Both the position numbers and the translations under genes were made by a program. 64,000 bases of DNA from Octopus sinensis. Taxonomy: Eukaryota. The notes below the pieces were generated by a model. That model did no database searches, was not told the DNA's origin, and saw only the letters and a list, made by a program, of their open reading frames with translations. Positions 39,432 to 53,200 of the stretch are shown piece by piece. Every line of letters starts with the position of its first letter. Positions within the stretch are counted from its first letter, which is position 1. The stretch spans positions 99,200,001 through 99,264,000 of the forward strand of contig NC_043006.1 of NCBI RefSeq assembly GCF_006345805.1, read 5' to 3'.

Positions 39432-39482
39432 AGCTTCTACAGGAGTAGAACTGTTTCATTCAAATGAAATCTTCAGGAAGCT
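39432..39482 (-). ncRNA. Type-I hammerhead ribozyme motif in a PLE-like terminal cassette (~39425-39720)
   Basis: Minus strand: AGCTTC-CTGAAGA-T-TTC(ATTT)GAA-T-GAA-ACAG(TTCTACTC)CTGT-A-GAAGCT. 6-bp stem I, 4-bp stem III, GUA cleavage triplet. A T.T mismatch lies at the base of stem II. Confidence 0.75.
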
Positions 39483-39872
39483 GGCTGTCAAAATAAAGTC
39501 TGGTATTTATACATTTAGGCAGATTTAAAGGGGTGGTGGTGGGGGACGTTTTTAGGGTAAGCAGGACACAAACTATTGTTCCTAGGGGAGTGGTCAAAAG
39601 GCCAGATAGTTTATTGAAATGAGAAGAATCAGTGAGAAAGTAAATAAATGAATAAATAGAATAATTGTTTTAGGTAAATTACTTTTAGTCAGTTTGTTAT
39701 TGTTAAGTGGAGGGAAGAGGTAGATAAATATACATGAAAAAACATATAAAATAAATATACATACAAACCCACATATATACACGTGCGAATATCCATATAT
39801 ATATATATATATATACATATGCCCATGTATATACATACAGACACACACACACACATACAAATACACAAGCAC

Positions 39873-39905
<33 letters not shown>

Positions 39906-40029
39906 CTTTAACCTTATAAAACAAACCTTCTATAGTTTTTTTCACTCTTTTCTATCTTTTATACATCCAACGACGTGCTTTCACACACCAACTTTCTCAC
40001 ACACATATATATATATACACACACACAAA

Positions 40030-40074
<45 letters not shown>

Positions 40075-40689
40075 GATATATGGATGTATGGTATGAGCGC
40101 GTGTGTGTATGTGTGTTTGCCAGAAGACAACAACTAATTTTATACACACATTGCATGATGGTGCGTTTAACGCTTATTTAAAGCATGGCATGTTCAAATT
40201 AAGCATTTACTAGGACCTAGGACTTAAAGCAGAATTTAGCCGTTTGGTGGACGCCTGTTGTCAAACTAATGACCATTCCACCGTCCCCCAACAAAACACT
40301 ATAAGTTGACTTATTGTGACATGTCAGAGGAGAGATAATTATGCCTCATACATATAAGAGGTGTGGCTTCGAAGTTTTCAACTTTTTGCTGTACAAACAA
40401 TTAGGACCTACATTATATTCCAAAAAGTCAAATTAAGTCTTTCAATTTTGGCAATTTTCTATTTGTTGTTCGTTTCAAAGAGCAAAGCATTCTTTTGGAG
40501 AATTCATTTGCTTGTGCTAAACTGGTGGCATGTAAAAATAAACCGATCAGTGCCTTAATCATTTAGAATGACAAACAATGAGATTCGTTTAATGAGAAAT
40601 ATCGATCATATAAAGAATATTTTGTGTCCGATTTGCGCGAGAATATTGACTGTCATTTATAGATGGCCAAGTTACAACATACTGTCTTC

Positions 40690-40860
40690 AAATTTTGGCA
40701 CAATGCCAGGAATATTGGGGAACGGTATACTTCGATTACATCCCCAATGCTGAAATAGTCCTCCATTTATTCACTCTGAAGGGATGAAAGACAAAGTCGA
40801 ACCCAGCGGAATTTGAACTCAGAACGTAAAAACGGACGAAATGCATTTAAGCTAACTCAC
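40690..40860 (-). mobile_element. Diverged family-A Nin/Deu SINE
   Basis: Plus strand GAAGGGATGAAAGACAAAGTCGAACCCAGCGGAATTTGAACTCAGAACG is the reverse complement of the family-A core. Confidence 0.8.
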
Positions 40861-40899
40861 CGATTTAATGTTACTTTGTATTGGCTACTTGACTTTTTT

Positions 40900-42000
40900 T
40901 TCATTTTTGGTCAAATGTCACTGTTCCAGAAGGTTGTAACAAGTTACAAATCAATAGATATAATCTTATTACATAAGAGAAACATTTGCTCTCGGTATTA
41001 ATTTAATGAACAACGGTTGGGTGCACCAACAGAAATAGACTTAAGCCAATATGATATTCTTGCATTTGTTGAAGATCATGCAATCATACTTTTAGGAAAA
41101 GCTTCGCGATGTTTATATTGTCTAATGCACTACATCGTTTCATGATATGTAGCTTGAAGGACATATGTTAAGTACTTCTAGCATCTCAGGCAGGGATATT
41201 CAGCGACTTTCTTTAGCTCTAACGCTATATATAAGATTGTCGGTTTATATTATTGACCGAATCAGAAACCACACGATTGCGATATAAGTATTCTCAACTA
41301 CAGCGTTTTGAGTTGAAACCCAACTACGAAATATTTGGATTTATCAGGTTTTGGTGCATATCATAATTTATATTCTACTCTACAGAGAATATGCCGATGA
41401 TTCAATCAAGCAAATACACCATTCCTAAAATAATTGCAATTTGTGGCTAGATGAAAGAAAGAAATATATTTGTTTCGTCGTTAAAAGTTCTACTTTGATT
41501 AAAGCCATATAAATACGATTTCCAAATTTACTACGACACTGCAACATTAATTTCAGCCGTAGAATCTATTTAATAAACCGTAACAGTAGGTTGTTAGTTA
41601 AGTTATTACACATAGGCTTATTTGATATTATAATAGTATTGTGAATAATATTTTATACAATTAATTTATGACTTCGAAACCGCGAATATGTTTCAGCGGG
41701 TAGAATTGAATTTGACTAAAACCCAAGAGGACACAAAAGGGAGCGCTCACATAATTAACGATGCTTCTGCAAATTAGAGAGCCGTAAACTCACTCAAACG
41801 CATGTCACCAGTCATGTCTGAGCCCATCGAAGTCGCCACGTCTAATGAATACTCATTGATTTAAAGGGATAAATGTGTATTAAACCCGTTGTTTATTATC
41901 AAGGAACTTGATAGGTTTATAATGTCATTTATTAACTATTAACCATATGTAGACCCATTAACTACTTATAACCATGAAACTATATCCATCCATTTTGTAT
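40900..42000 (-). pseudogene. LGR-type LDLa-LRR remnant
   Basis: GSD..G (LDLa-like), LCERSLLCPLG (~41750-41720; resembles CDGxxxCPxGDDE), NGVFA*LNHRHILC (~41425-41385), MLEVLNI. Confidence 0.5.
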
Positions 42001-42217
42001 ACACAGCCTACTTGCAATTATATCATGCTGTATAATTGAACTAAGCGAAACCGACTCTATTGAGCGAGTATCTTCTTAAAGACGCACCTCAAGAGACACA
42101 TGTGTACCGAAGTATACACCACAACCAGATGTATAATACCCCAACCGCAAGGGACCGATGAAATATAAATAAAGTGTTTCGTTAATTCCGGTTTCTGTTT
42201 CTCTCATTAGTTGTGTA

Positions 42218-42269
<52 letters not shown>

Positions 42270-42399
42270 GGTACGAGAAATTGTTGAAAATTTCGCTAAA
42301 CAAAACCCTAGTTTTGAATATATGAAACGATTGACATAATATTGGGCCGATCTACATCCAGAATGAAATCCTTTTACTGTGAAGCAGCTACGCCAACAA

Positions 42400-43120
42400 G
42401 TAAAATTTATAGAGCATAGAAAGTAGGTTAGTAAATGTAATCTTATTCAGAAATCGAAAATTATCCAATTTCCAAACCCTATAAACTAAAACGAATACGT
42501 GAATGATACAAAACCACCACGTAGTTTCGTAGCTAGAGACATTAACACAATCCAGGATCAGGAAATATCAACCAAGTACATGATACAGGTAAAGCCGTGA
42601 AGTGCGACAACCGATGGAAATTTTGTCGTGTTCCCACTGAAGATATCACCCACATCATACGCAGTTGTCCGAAAATGTCATCAGAGTCGTTGTAGCTCGG
42701 ACACTCTCTAATGAAATCCGTCGGAATGATAATTCCAATGACAAAGAAATAAGAACTCACAATATGGTAAAAGCCATAGCCACTCATAATAATAAAAAAA
42801 AATACAAGTGGAATGTACCTCAATAAAATATAAGCACAATACAATTGATATAATGATTTGGGATAGAGAATAAAAACTGTGGATATTTATATAAATTAGC
42901 TACCCAGCGAATATTAACATAAAATTGAAGATCAGTGAAAAGAAAACACCTATACTGAGCTATTGAAATATCTGCAGTTACTCTGTTCACAGTACAAGTT
43001 CATCTTTATACGTGTAAATATTGGAGCTCTGGGATAATTAACACACCACATAAATATCAATCTTGAGTAATTAGGCTTCTCAAAACCGTAAAGGTGGATG
43101 GTAATTCGAAGATACAATCA
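42400..43120 (-). pseudogene. LGR-type 7TM remnant (TM3-TM7)
   Basis: LITQD*YL (GAT TGA TAT at 43062-43054, consistent with DRY after CGA>TGA). ORF 42542-42844 reads ILLRYIPLVFFFIIMSGYGFYHIVSSYFFVIGIIIPTDFIRECP (TM5, and TM6 IVxTDxxCWxP-like). Confidence 0.62.
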
Positions 43121-43279
43121 ATCAGTGGAAGTGTAAACATCTGTAAAACTTTCCAGAGGTTTATCGTTTAAATATATAAGTGCACGTCTCGCTATGTAAC
43201 TATACAAATCTGCACATACATACATACATACATGCATGCATGCATACATACATACAAATATACATACATACATACAAAT

Positions 43280-43337
<58 letters not shown>

Positions 43338-43359
43338 TATATATATATACATATATATT

Positions 43360-43493
43360 CTTTTATTCATCTATTCCTTTGCTTGTATCAGTCAATTGAC
43401 TGCGGCCATGCTGGAGTACCGCTTTATTGTCAAACAAATCGCCCCCAGAACTTATTCTTTGTAAGACTAGTACTTATTCTATCGGTCTCTTTA
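43360..43493 (-). mobile_element. Family-B SINE 3' fragment
   Basis: CAGTCAATTGACTGCGGCCATGCTGGAGTACCGC...TAGTACTTATTCTATCGGTCTC. Confidence 0.85.
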
Positions 43494-44564
43494 TGATCGT
43501 TACCATGAATATTGTTGAAAATTGATTAAATGCATAATAAACTCTCATAATAAACTCTAACCACCCAAATACAGCTCTGTTTCTTCTGACGGAAGATATT
43601 ACGAACGCGTCATCAGTGTTTAACAAGGTCTAACGTATAACAAAGAAGTAATTAGACAGAAAAATAATGAGCGCTAACGAGCGATTAATACCTTAAAGTA
43701 AAAAGAGACCAATGCGTAACAGAATATAGGAGCGCACCAACTGGAAAATGGCATCAGATATTACACATAAGAAACGTACAAGTTCTCTACACACAAGTAG
43801 AATAAATGAAATAATTAATAATTGTAGAGGAAATGAATATATGCTTGATATTGTTTTCTAAATGAATACGAAATGTTACTAAACAAATGCACAACAATTT
43901 CCGAAGTCAAAATGTTCATATTTAAAAAGAAAGAACATGCATATAGATCACTCAAAAACTATTTACAAATGGGCAATAATATTTATGAAATTCATTTTAA
44001 TATTGCTGATAAAATTCATTGTAAAAGAAATCGTAAACACATAGCTCATGGATATTTATAAAATATCTAGCAAATGTAGACGATTATTATTGGAAGAATA
44101 ACACTAGAAGGCTACGATTAATAGGTTTATAACATACAACAAAAAGGAATCGCACACGACAGAAAATAATCGCGTGGCGAATTAAAATAATTTTAAAGTC
44201 AAGTCCACATGATCACGGTTCAAAAGCTTCGTTTGCCAATACATTTCCAAGATTTAGAAACAAAATAAAGGACCTAAAAGCATTTGCCCCATTCGTACGT
44301 AAAATACGAAAGAGTACTCAAAAAGAAACCCGAAGTTTCCAATGTTATTTTTATTTTCTTAGATTTACATGTTTACAGTAACGCCTCCAAAACGCAAACC
44401 TATACTGGTCTTTCGGAAAGGAGTCCACCACCCGGAACATTTCAACGTCCGTTAGGACCTCCGCAGTTGCCACCACTTGAAGTAATGCATCCATTTAAAG
44501 AAATGCATCGTTCCAGACACGTATTTCACTGTCAAAGCAGTGCTGTAACTCTTGCGAAGTGATA

Positions 44565-45828
44565 CGAGGGACGTTCAATAAGTAATGCCTCTGACCCACT
44601 TCCAGGTGTTTGATTTTGCATGTGCAATTACTTATATCTCTATAGATTAGGTGGCAAATTACAGCTCTGAACTAATTATGGTTTCCGATTTACAGGTGTT
44701 TGAACTGAGTCAAGCGCGAAATGGAGCCTGTTGAGTGTCGAGCAGTGATCCGGTTTTTGTATTTGAAAGGACGCACACCACGGGAAACTTTTGATGAAAT
44801 GAAAGTAACTTATGGTGATGATGCCCTATCATATGACCTTGTAAAACGCTGGCATCGTGAATTCAAACATGGTCGGAACTCTGTGGAAACAGCTCCCAGA
44901 TCTGGTCGACCCCCTTCTGCCATTGATGAGGCATCTGTCCGTCAAGTTGAGGGTGCCATTTTGGAAGATCGACGCATAACTATTCGCCAAATAGCCCATG
45001 AGGTCAAGATTAGTACCGGATCAGTGGAAACTATCATTCATGACCATTTGCATATGCAAAAGGTGTCTGCCAGATGGATTTCCAGGCTGCTCACACCTTT
45101 CCAGAAGCAAGAACTCGTCGAGTGCTCGAGGATGAATTTGGAGATGTACCAAGAAGATGAGTCAAACTTTTTCAAAAGTCTGATTACACAGGATGAAACC
45201 TGGGTCCATCACTATGATCCAGAGACCAAAGCCCAGTCAATGCAATGGAAGCACCGTGACTCATCTCCTCCAAAGAAGGCAAGGGTGCAGCCCTCTGCTG
45301 GCAAGGTCATGCTCACAGTCTTCTGGGACCAGGACAGAGTAGTGATGACAGATTTCCTGGCAAAGGGTACCACAATTACAGGAGCCTATTTTGCTTCACT
45401 TTTGAGGAAATTAAGAGAAGCTATCAAAATCAAGAGGCGGGGCAAGATCAGCGAAGGCATCCTCCTCCTGCAGGACAACGCTCCGGTCCACAACTCGCGT
45501 GTCGCCAGATCAGAAACACAGGCGTGCGGCTATGAACTCCTCCCCCACCCGCTACTCTCCTGACCTTGCCCCCTCTGATTTTCACCTCTTCCCAGTCATG
45601 AAGTTGTTTTTGAAAGGAAGCAGCCTTGATTTCTAAAGTCACGTCGTGGATGGAGGACCAAGCTGGGGTCTTTTACAAAAACGGTCTCCAGAGCTGGATC
45701 AAACGATGGGAGAATTGCTTAACTCTGAGTGGTTCCTATGTAGAAAAAGACCAATAACTGTGACCAAGTTCCGTTGCTCTACTGGTATGGTAAGTGGGTC
45801 AGGGGCATTACTTATCGAACGCCCCTCG
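44565..45828 (+). mobile_element. Near-full-length mariner (irritans-like), 1264 bp, TA TSD
   Basis: TIRs CGAGGGACGTTCAATAAGTAATGCCTCTGACCCACTT and AAGTGGGTCAGGGGCATTACTTATCGAACGCCCCTCG. TA at 44563-44564 and 45829-45830. Confidence 0.95.
44721..45757 (+). pseudogene. Mariner D,D34D transposase, frameshifted near the C-terminus
   Basis: MEPVECRAVIRFL, PRSGRP, WISRLL, TQDETWVHHYDPE and LLQDNAPVH. A frameshift occurs just before YSPDLAPSDFHLF, plus a small deletion; the ORF ends RWENCL..YVEKDQ*. Confidence 0.9.
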
Positions 45829-46120
45829 TACTTTTAAACGATTTTTTTCTTCACCTCTTCTACAACTAATTCTGTAGCACCAATAGTGATGACCTTCAAA
45901 ATAAGGTCCGGCTCAACTTCCAACAGTTTTCATGTAAATAATGTACATAATTCCTCATCTATTAAATATAGAACAATATATATATGCATATATATATATA
46001 TACATATATAGATATGTAAATATATATATTTACAAAGAAAGTGAGAGAAAGTGATAATTCGATAGATAACATAGTAGATAGATAGATGCATGATTGGATA
46101 GATATACATATATGTGTATA

Positions 46121-46196
<76 letters not shown>

Positions 46197-46215
46197 GAAT
46201 ATATATATGTATATA

Positions 46216-47620
46216 CTAGCACTATGACCCGACGTTGCCCGGTTTAGTGCTAGTGCTTGTTGTTCGTTGCCGGGTCGCAATAAAAAATTCTCAGTAACAC
46301 AAGACCTAAGTTTCATATCATATTTCAGCCCGCCCCAGTTTTGTTTTTTATAAGCAAGCTGGAGCTTTTTATGAGAGTAATTAATATTGATTGGACTTCG
46401 GTTTTCACAGCTGGAATGGCATAATGATGGAAAATTATTGGCACTGTGCACATGTCATTAGTTGCACAAAATTGCAGGCAGGAGAAAGCGAAAAACATGG
46501 GCCGCAAAACAGCATGATTTTGAAAATATACATAAATCTCGTTTGTTGAGTTTTGGTATCACACCCAACCCAGTTCTGCGCAATCAGAGTCGCAACAGGT
46601 ACGCATGGGTTGGAAGTTTTACTGACAGAGGTGGTCAAGTTGCACATGCCTGCCCTTTGGACACCTCTATTTTACCTAACTCAATCGTCCTCTGAGTGAA
46701 TAGCAATAGTGGGACGAAAAGTGCTGATTCTGGCGAAAAGGCAGAACAGTTAGAGCACAAAAAACAGCATTGAAAGTGATTTTATGAGCATGACACATGG
46801 AAGCAAGTAACGCAGTGAGGTCAATAGCTATAAGTTCACGACGCATAGAAGCACGTAAGCCATCAATGTTAACTAAGGTATAAATAATAGGTAAGCCTTT
46901 TCGCCGGAAGGCTAACTGGTCTCGCGATCCACTGAAACGGTGGAGGTTAGGTTCGGCACACAATTAAGCCATAAACTAAAAATAGAATAACCTTACGGAA
47001 GGGGGCTTGGGAGCCTCTAATAGGCAGCTTCTAACCCCGATCTATCAGTAACCTATCCAAGGCGTTCTAAATGACATGGCTGTAGAAGAAATAGACTGAG
47101 ATGTGCAAGGCGGGCTTGTTTCAGAGGAGGACGATGCATTGGATTACGGACTATTGAAGAATGCAGGTTTGAAGGTCCTAACTCGTTAATTATTCCTTGC
47201 ATTTCTCAAATCAAAAAAGCGCACACGTTTGAAAGTCAAAATACATGATTAAGCCTCTTCGCAAAACCCAAGAATGCGCTGAGTCATACAGACTGTCAGC
47301 AAATACGCACCCGCATTCAACTGTCAAGCGTAAAATTATCTCCGTCCAATCAAAAAACAGCTGGCAGTCTATTCGAGTATGTAGCTGTACGCGCGCACCG
47401 CGTACACATGTCTATCTTTTAGCGATTTATGGGCATGAGGGGTCGGTTTACCGAATTTTTAAATGGATTTCTTGGGTGACTTGGGAAGCGAAAATATCTT
47501 CACGACCACCCTAAGATAGTTTTTAAAGCCCACAGAAAATGCGAGCCTTTGACGTGAAAAACTGGGAAATTGTATAAAGGACACACTGATACACTGATAC
47601 ACAGACATTTTGCCGTTTAC
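46216..47620 (-). mobile_element. Probable non-autonomous Helitron
   Basis: Minus-strand 3' end CCGGGCAACGTCGGGTCATAGTG-CTAG-T (hairpin plus CTAG). The 5' region TAAACGGCAAAATGTC(TGTGTATCAG)-like repeats lie next to microsatellite. No coding match seen. Confidence 0.55.
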
Positions 47621-47639
47621 ACACACACGCACATACACA

Positions 47640-47689
<50 letters not shown>

Positions 47690-48019
47690 TATATGCATAT
47701 ATGCATACATATATTTATAAATGGACATACATACATATATTTTTTTTATCTAGTTTCAGCTCACGAGCTGTGGCCATGCTATATATATTTATATATATAC
47801 ATTTCATTTTGGGATTTCGTTTGCAAGGTTCTTTATATGAGTTCGTGTGTTGAAGCATATTCTGTTGAGTCTGAGGAGAGTCATTTCCTTTTTTTGCCTT
47901 AAAATGTAACACACTCATAGTTAAAGTTCCACTTTTTTTCATTATAATGTTCCTAAAATGTTCGCTGCGTCTTGCAACCTTTTCAATAGTCTTCATACTT
48001 ATATACCAACGTATATATA

Positions 48020-48079
<60 letters not shown>

Positions 48080-48479
48080 GGTGTGTGTGTATAGCAACAC
48101 GTTAGAGGAAATCCATATCTATGTTGTATATACAAATGAACAGTGAGGTGGGATATAATTTTAAAATTAACTAACTAACTATTTCAACAGATCCAGAGAA
48201 TTAAATGGAAGTGCAGACAATATAATTCCAGTATAATGAAGAATATAGGAAATTTTAATCAGGGAAGTAAAAAAGGAATAGCAAGCAAATATTTGAAGAC
48301 CACGCTGTGCAGATGTATGTAAACCACCTAGGAAACCACTTACCTTGTGATATGTGCCTCAGCTATCACATTACTAGTGTATCGTAAAGGTGAAGTGAAG
48401 CTACTGACTCGGGACTCAACCAGAAACCAGAACCAACATGGCCGTGTAAAATGAATTTTCCTTCTTGCAAAAAACATTC

Positions 48480-49250
48480 TGACAGATTGTTGTAGTGATT
48501 AACACGGAACACCTTTAGAAGTCATGAGGACGGACTTTTTGATGGCTGATTCAAAAATCTAAATTACAAGCTCCTCTAAGTGAAACAGCCTCTCACAACT
48601 ACAGATTAAAAAGTAAAATCTAAATATACGGCATATAAACAGCAATACTCAATAATTACCCAATATCTCAAGTCAGTATATCACAGCTTCAATGTGAAAA
48701 GCTCAGTCTGTGTAAAAAATATCCCAACAAAATAATGTCCTCGGCTACTGGAAATCTCTATAGAAAACAAATGATGAATTCAAAAATCAAGCTTAATGGC
48801 TAATAGAAATGGAGCTGGACTACAGCTAGTATTTCTTTTGAAAGCAATAGAAAACAGACGGCGAAATAAATATGGAAACAGTTCTATAGAATATCCTAAA
48901 GAGGAAATTTCGAGGCAGAGACGTCATGACAGGCTGCAGGCTGAAAATGTTCACCTTTCCCTGGAGATATCGCATGCAATTGTATGGAGAAAGTATAATG
49001 CGTCCACAGAAATTGGTCCCAAAATAGCCAAAGATATTCTTGATAAAATGTACCGCTCAATAGGCTGCAGAAGAGACCGACTTGGCGGATAATCCAAGTC
49101 CTTAATTCATACTCTACAAATGATCACGAGATCTTGGCCTACACATACCAGCAAGACTTTCTTAAGCATTTAAAGAATGATGAACAAAGCTAGATGCTTT
49201 TTTCATAACCTCGTGACCATGTAGGCCACTGTTCAAACTCATTCTAAACT
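48480..49250 (+). mobile_element. Second degenerate R4/Dong-like RT fragment
   Basis: VLGYWKSL..NDEFKNQA*WLIEME, GRDVMTGCRLKMFT and PKIAKDILDKMYRSIGC, resembling RT domain 0/1 (FWxxIW, GxDxIxxFWxK, YRPIxC). Confidence 0.5.
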
Positions 49251-49786
49251 AAAAAATAAAGATAAAAACATACATACATGCAATGATACATACATATCTA
49301 AATGATGAAACACATACAATATACATAAAACTTGATTAAAAAATTTTTTTTCGTTACATGAAAATATGAAGAAAAAAATCTATGCAATTCACTGTTTATA
49401 AATATAGAATCCCATTTAAATTTAGAAGACAGTTAAGTACAGTACACTGGAGTAGTATATAACAATAACACCGAAATGTAATATAATGCTTTAAACATAA
49501 CATTCCAGTGCAGATCTGTAACGATTCAAAGTATAGTCGTTCTTCACAATGTAAAAGAGACGCATAAATCAGAGGAAGATTTAACGGCTGAGCATATATG
49601 AAGAGAGAAAATGTGTAAAAGAGAAAGATGACGGATGTAATACAGTTTATAAAAAGCTCGTAAAATGCACACATGCACACACGCATATGCTTCTTCGTTA
49701 TACATTTGCAACGTTGCGAATGTTACAGAATATATTTATGCATATTTCTATTTCGTATTACATTATATAAGCATTTTATAAAATCA

Positions 49787-50193
49787 AGGCGCAGAAGTGG
49801 CTGTGTGGTAAGTAGCTTGCTAACCAACCACATGGTTCTGGGTTCAATCCCACTGCGTGGCATCTTGGGCAAGTGTCTTCTGCTATAGCCCCGGGCCGAC
49901 CAATGCCTTGTGAGTGGATTTGGTAGACGGAAACTGAAAGAAGCCTGTCGTATATATGTATATATATATATATATGTATGTGTTTGTGCGTCTGTGTTTG
50001 TCCCCCTAGCATTGCTTGACAACCGATGCTGTTGTGTTTACGTCCCCGTCACTTACCGGTTCGGCAACAGAGACCGATAGAATGAGTACTGGGCTTACAA
50101 AAGAATAAGTTCGGGGTCGATTTGCTCGACTGAAGGCGGTGCTCCAGCATGGCCGAAGTCAAATGACTGAAACAAGTAAAAGAGTAAAGAGTA
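49787..50193 (+). mobile_element. Family-B SINE, full length
   Basis: Head AGGCGCAGAAGTGGCTGTGTGGTAAG, GGTTCAATCCC, CORE-like segment, internal (TA)/(TG), tail GTAAAAGAGTAAAGAGTA. Confidence 0.9.
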
Positions 50194-50209
50194 TAATTAG
50201 TTAGCATCA

Positions 50210-53200
50210 CTAAACGTGATGGTCATCATCAATAAGTTTCTCGTTGTAAATTCTTGCTGTGTCGTCTAACTGCACCGAAAAGCTTTTCTAAACAATTGTG
50301 TTCTGTTGATTCACTAGGATTGGCGAATCCTCCTATATAGTGTGATGAGATTAGAAGTGATGCATCATATTATATTCTCTTTCAATGAATGCAATCTCTT
50401 CTCTATTCAGTAAATCTTTCACGTGTATTAAGTAGTCACACAAAGCATGAACCTACATAACTATTAAGACTTCATTCGGAAAAGCAAACTTGAGGCACTT
50501 CCATTTATTGCGTAGCATCCTTTACAATATTTAAAGTTTTATTCTTCAAATAATTTTCCTTTGTTTTCTCACCTAGACAAGATTTAGAATATTCAAATAT
50601 GATTCGAGAAATCTAAATCAACAATTTTAAATCTATAAATCATAGTTCAATGCAGCCTGAATGAATCTCCTGATAGTTTCGTAGATTTTCATAAAATATA
50701 TCTTTTATTGACGTTCTATATATAACTTCATTAATTCATATCAGTATTTATTGGAGTAGGCAAATTTTTATATCTGAATTTTGTTAATAACTTCAAAACA
50801 AAGCCGTTGATATTGGAATTTGCATATACGCTCCTTCCTACAAAAGCTTGTATCACACACAATGTCAACATATTTCAAAGCATTATTTCAGAGAAACTGC
50901 TAATGTATTATCTTAAGATAAATCTTAAAACGTTTTATAAAAATTGCTAACAAAACGATAAAATCAGAATCACATAATTATTTGAATTTCATAAAGATCT
51001 CAAGATACTTACAATATATTTTCAATTTGAAGGAAATTATCATCGTTAATGCCTTCAAGATTAGTTCATATTCCAAATAATTAAAACAAACATCTCAATA
51101 TATCATAGAATATATGTTCTAATTAAATTTTCGATGTGGACGTTACTGGGAAAACTGGAAACAATTATTTTCCACATAAATTGCGTGGAGTCTATGAGCA
51201 CAAACGGAAAGAAATCTAAATATGATTGCACTTGTGATTTGTTCATATTCTCTAAGTTCGAAATATATATATATTTGATTTCATATTTCCAGCTATTCAT
51301 TTTAAAGCAATAGCTAATTTATTAAAAACTTGATGCACCAGTGAATATGTTAAATTCAACCACGCAAAGCGGGTGGAAATATATATAATCATATGCGATT
51401 ACATGTCATAGAGTCGTGAAGAGATTCTAATAATGTAGCGAAAATATGTCTTCAGGCGTCTGAAGGTTCTCCTCAGAACGCTACATTTTTTATAATTACA
51501 GGGCAATGAAAGAACTATCTAGAATGCACTTTTGAAATATGTGGGGCTAACTGAAAAGAGAAAATTTACAAACGTTTAGCGAAATTTCTTAAATGTTACC
51601 ACCTGTCTGTGAGGTATGGATTGGATTTTTCGAAAATGCCAATGTGAGCACCGGCTGAGAGAACAAGATCACCCAAATTTTGGCAGAAAATCCAGAACGC
51701 CAGCAGATAGGGACAACGTAGGTTGTCTACAATCGAACGTGTTTGGTTAGACAAAAAAAACGCGAAATGAAAATCCTTATATGCTTAACGACATTTCAAC
51801 GTTCTGATTTCAAATACTAGTGAGATTGACATTCTCTTTCATCCTTTCAGGGACGATAAAATAAGTACCACTTAAGCATTGAAGTGACTGTAATTGACTT
51901 ACCTCTGGCCTTGTGTCAAACTTTGAAGCCAATAATTTACTGATATGCTTATGTTTCTGTTCTTTTGTTTCCTGAAAGCATCTCTGAGTCATTACGTAAA
52001 ACAATCATCCAACTCAGTGAATCTATCATTGATATTCTGACATCGAGGATTCTGAACTAGGACTGTGTTTCAAAGCACTGACACTGTGATTTTAAGTTTG
52101 ACATCTGACAACGATTTCATTATCCAACGTTTATATTTCTATCACTTTAGCAAAATGAATTTTAATTTGAGTGGAGATGAGGTAGGATGTGGATTTCAAT
52201 GGGTCGATCGATTCCTCAGTGATTCAACCATGTTCACTCGTTTCAGCGAAGTAAGACGTGTATGATCTGTTTATTTTTCGACGTAACTGTGACATGCTTC
52301 ACCTGAGTTTAGGTTGATGAAGCGCTCGGACTGGTTAACAGAGATTCTTTTATTTGTCAAGAGAAGATACGTGGATTGAACATGGATATCACCATTAGAT
52401 ATTTAGCGATTGGTGTTATTCTCGATAACACAGTACTAGTGATGCGAAACGAATTGTAAAAGCTGTATCGATGCCCACATTTATAGTTTCCGATTACAAC
52501 ATTTTGTTTCAAAGAACACCTTTCAAATGATTATTCAGAATATAAGTATATCATTAATGAGTAAATACATCATTCGGGAATTAATTATCGAGACGATGTT
52601 CTTTAAATTCATTACGATTGTCACCATTAAATTCCTTCCCTAACATCAATGTTAGTAGGCCATTAATGACATTTATGTTGGAAACTTGCAATATATTTCG
52701 AATATCTTCAATAGCATATATTGCTTGGGGAATATATTAGAGAGAAAATAAGATTGAGTAATAGTTGTGGTAGATAGTTTTCCTCTGAATTGCAGGAAAT
52801 CGTTTCGGTTAATGGCATAGACATCTTGCCCGCAGCTAAAATATTTAATGATTCATTTCACCTAGAAGTAAATAACCAGACGCAAACTATAAACTGCTCC
52901 AGAAATTTCAAATGAATGAAGATCGCAATTCACAGTTCAATGCCTGTGATTATAACTTCGATAGTTTGATTTCTTCCATGTTAATATCTGCTTAATTACA
53001 CCACTTGAAATTGATATCTCTGGGGATATTCCTGCAACTCGCTGGGATAAAGATTCCATACACTTCGAGGTGTAAACATGAAATACTCTCGTGGAGAGAG
53101 ATTTTGTCAAAATACACATTAAATTATTTACTATATTCCAGATTATTTTCAGGAAGAAAAAGCTTGTGAAAATTAACACACTGACAATTACGCAATAAAG

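Larger units (their letters stand above)
44305..45870 (-). mobile_element. Older mariner 3' fragment split by the younger mariner (pieces 44305-44562 and 45831-45870)
   Basis: Rejoining across the TA gives EEVKKK..KSITSQELQHCF..TCLERCISLNG. TIR-like TACGAAAGAGTACTCAAAAAGAAACCCG at 44305. Confidence 0.65.

Noticed and set aside
43565-43620. Minus-strand CTGATGA...GAAACAGAGCTGTA hammerhead-like string
   Set aside because: No stem II next to the cores and no stem I pairing.
49787-49860. tRNA-like A/B boxes (also at 6920-6993, 38650-38725, 17428-17510)
   Set aside because: These are SINE heads; no complete cloverleaf, and they continue into SINE core domains.
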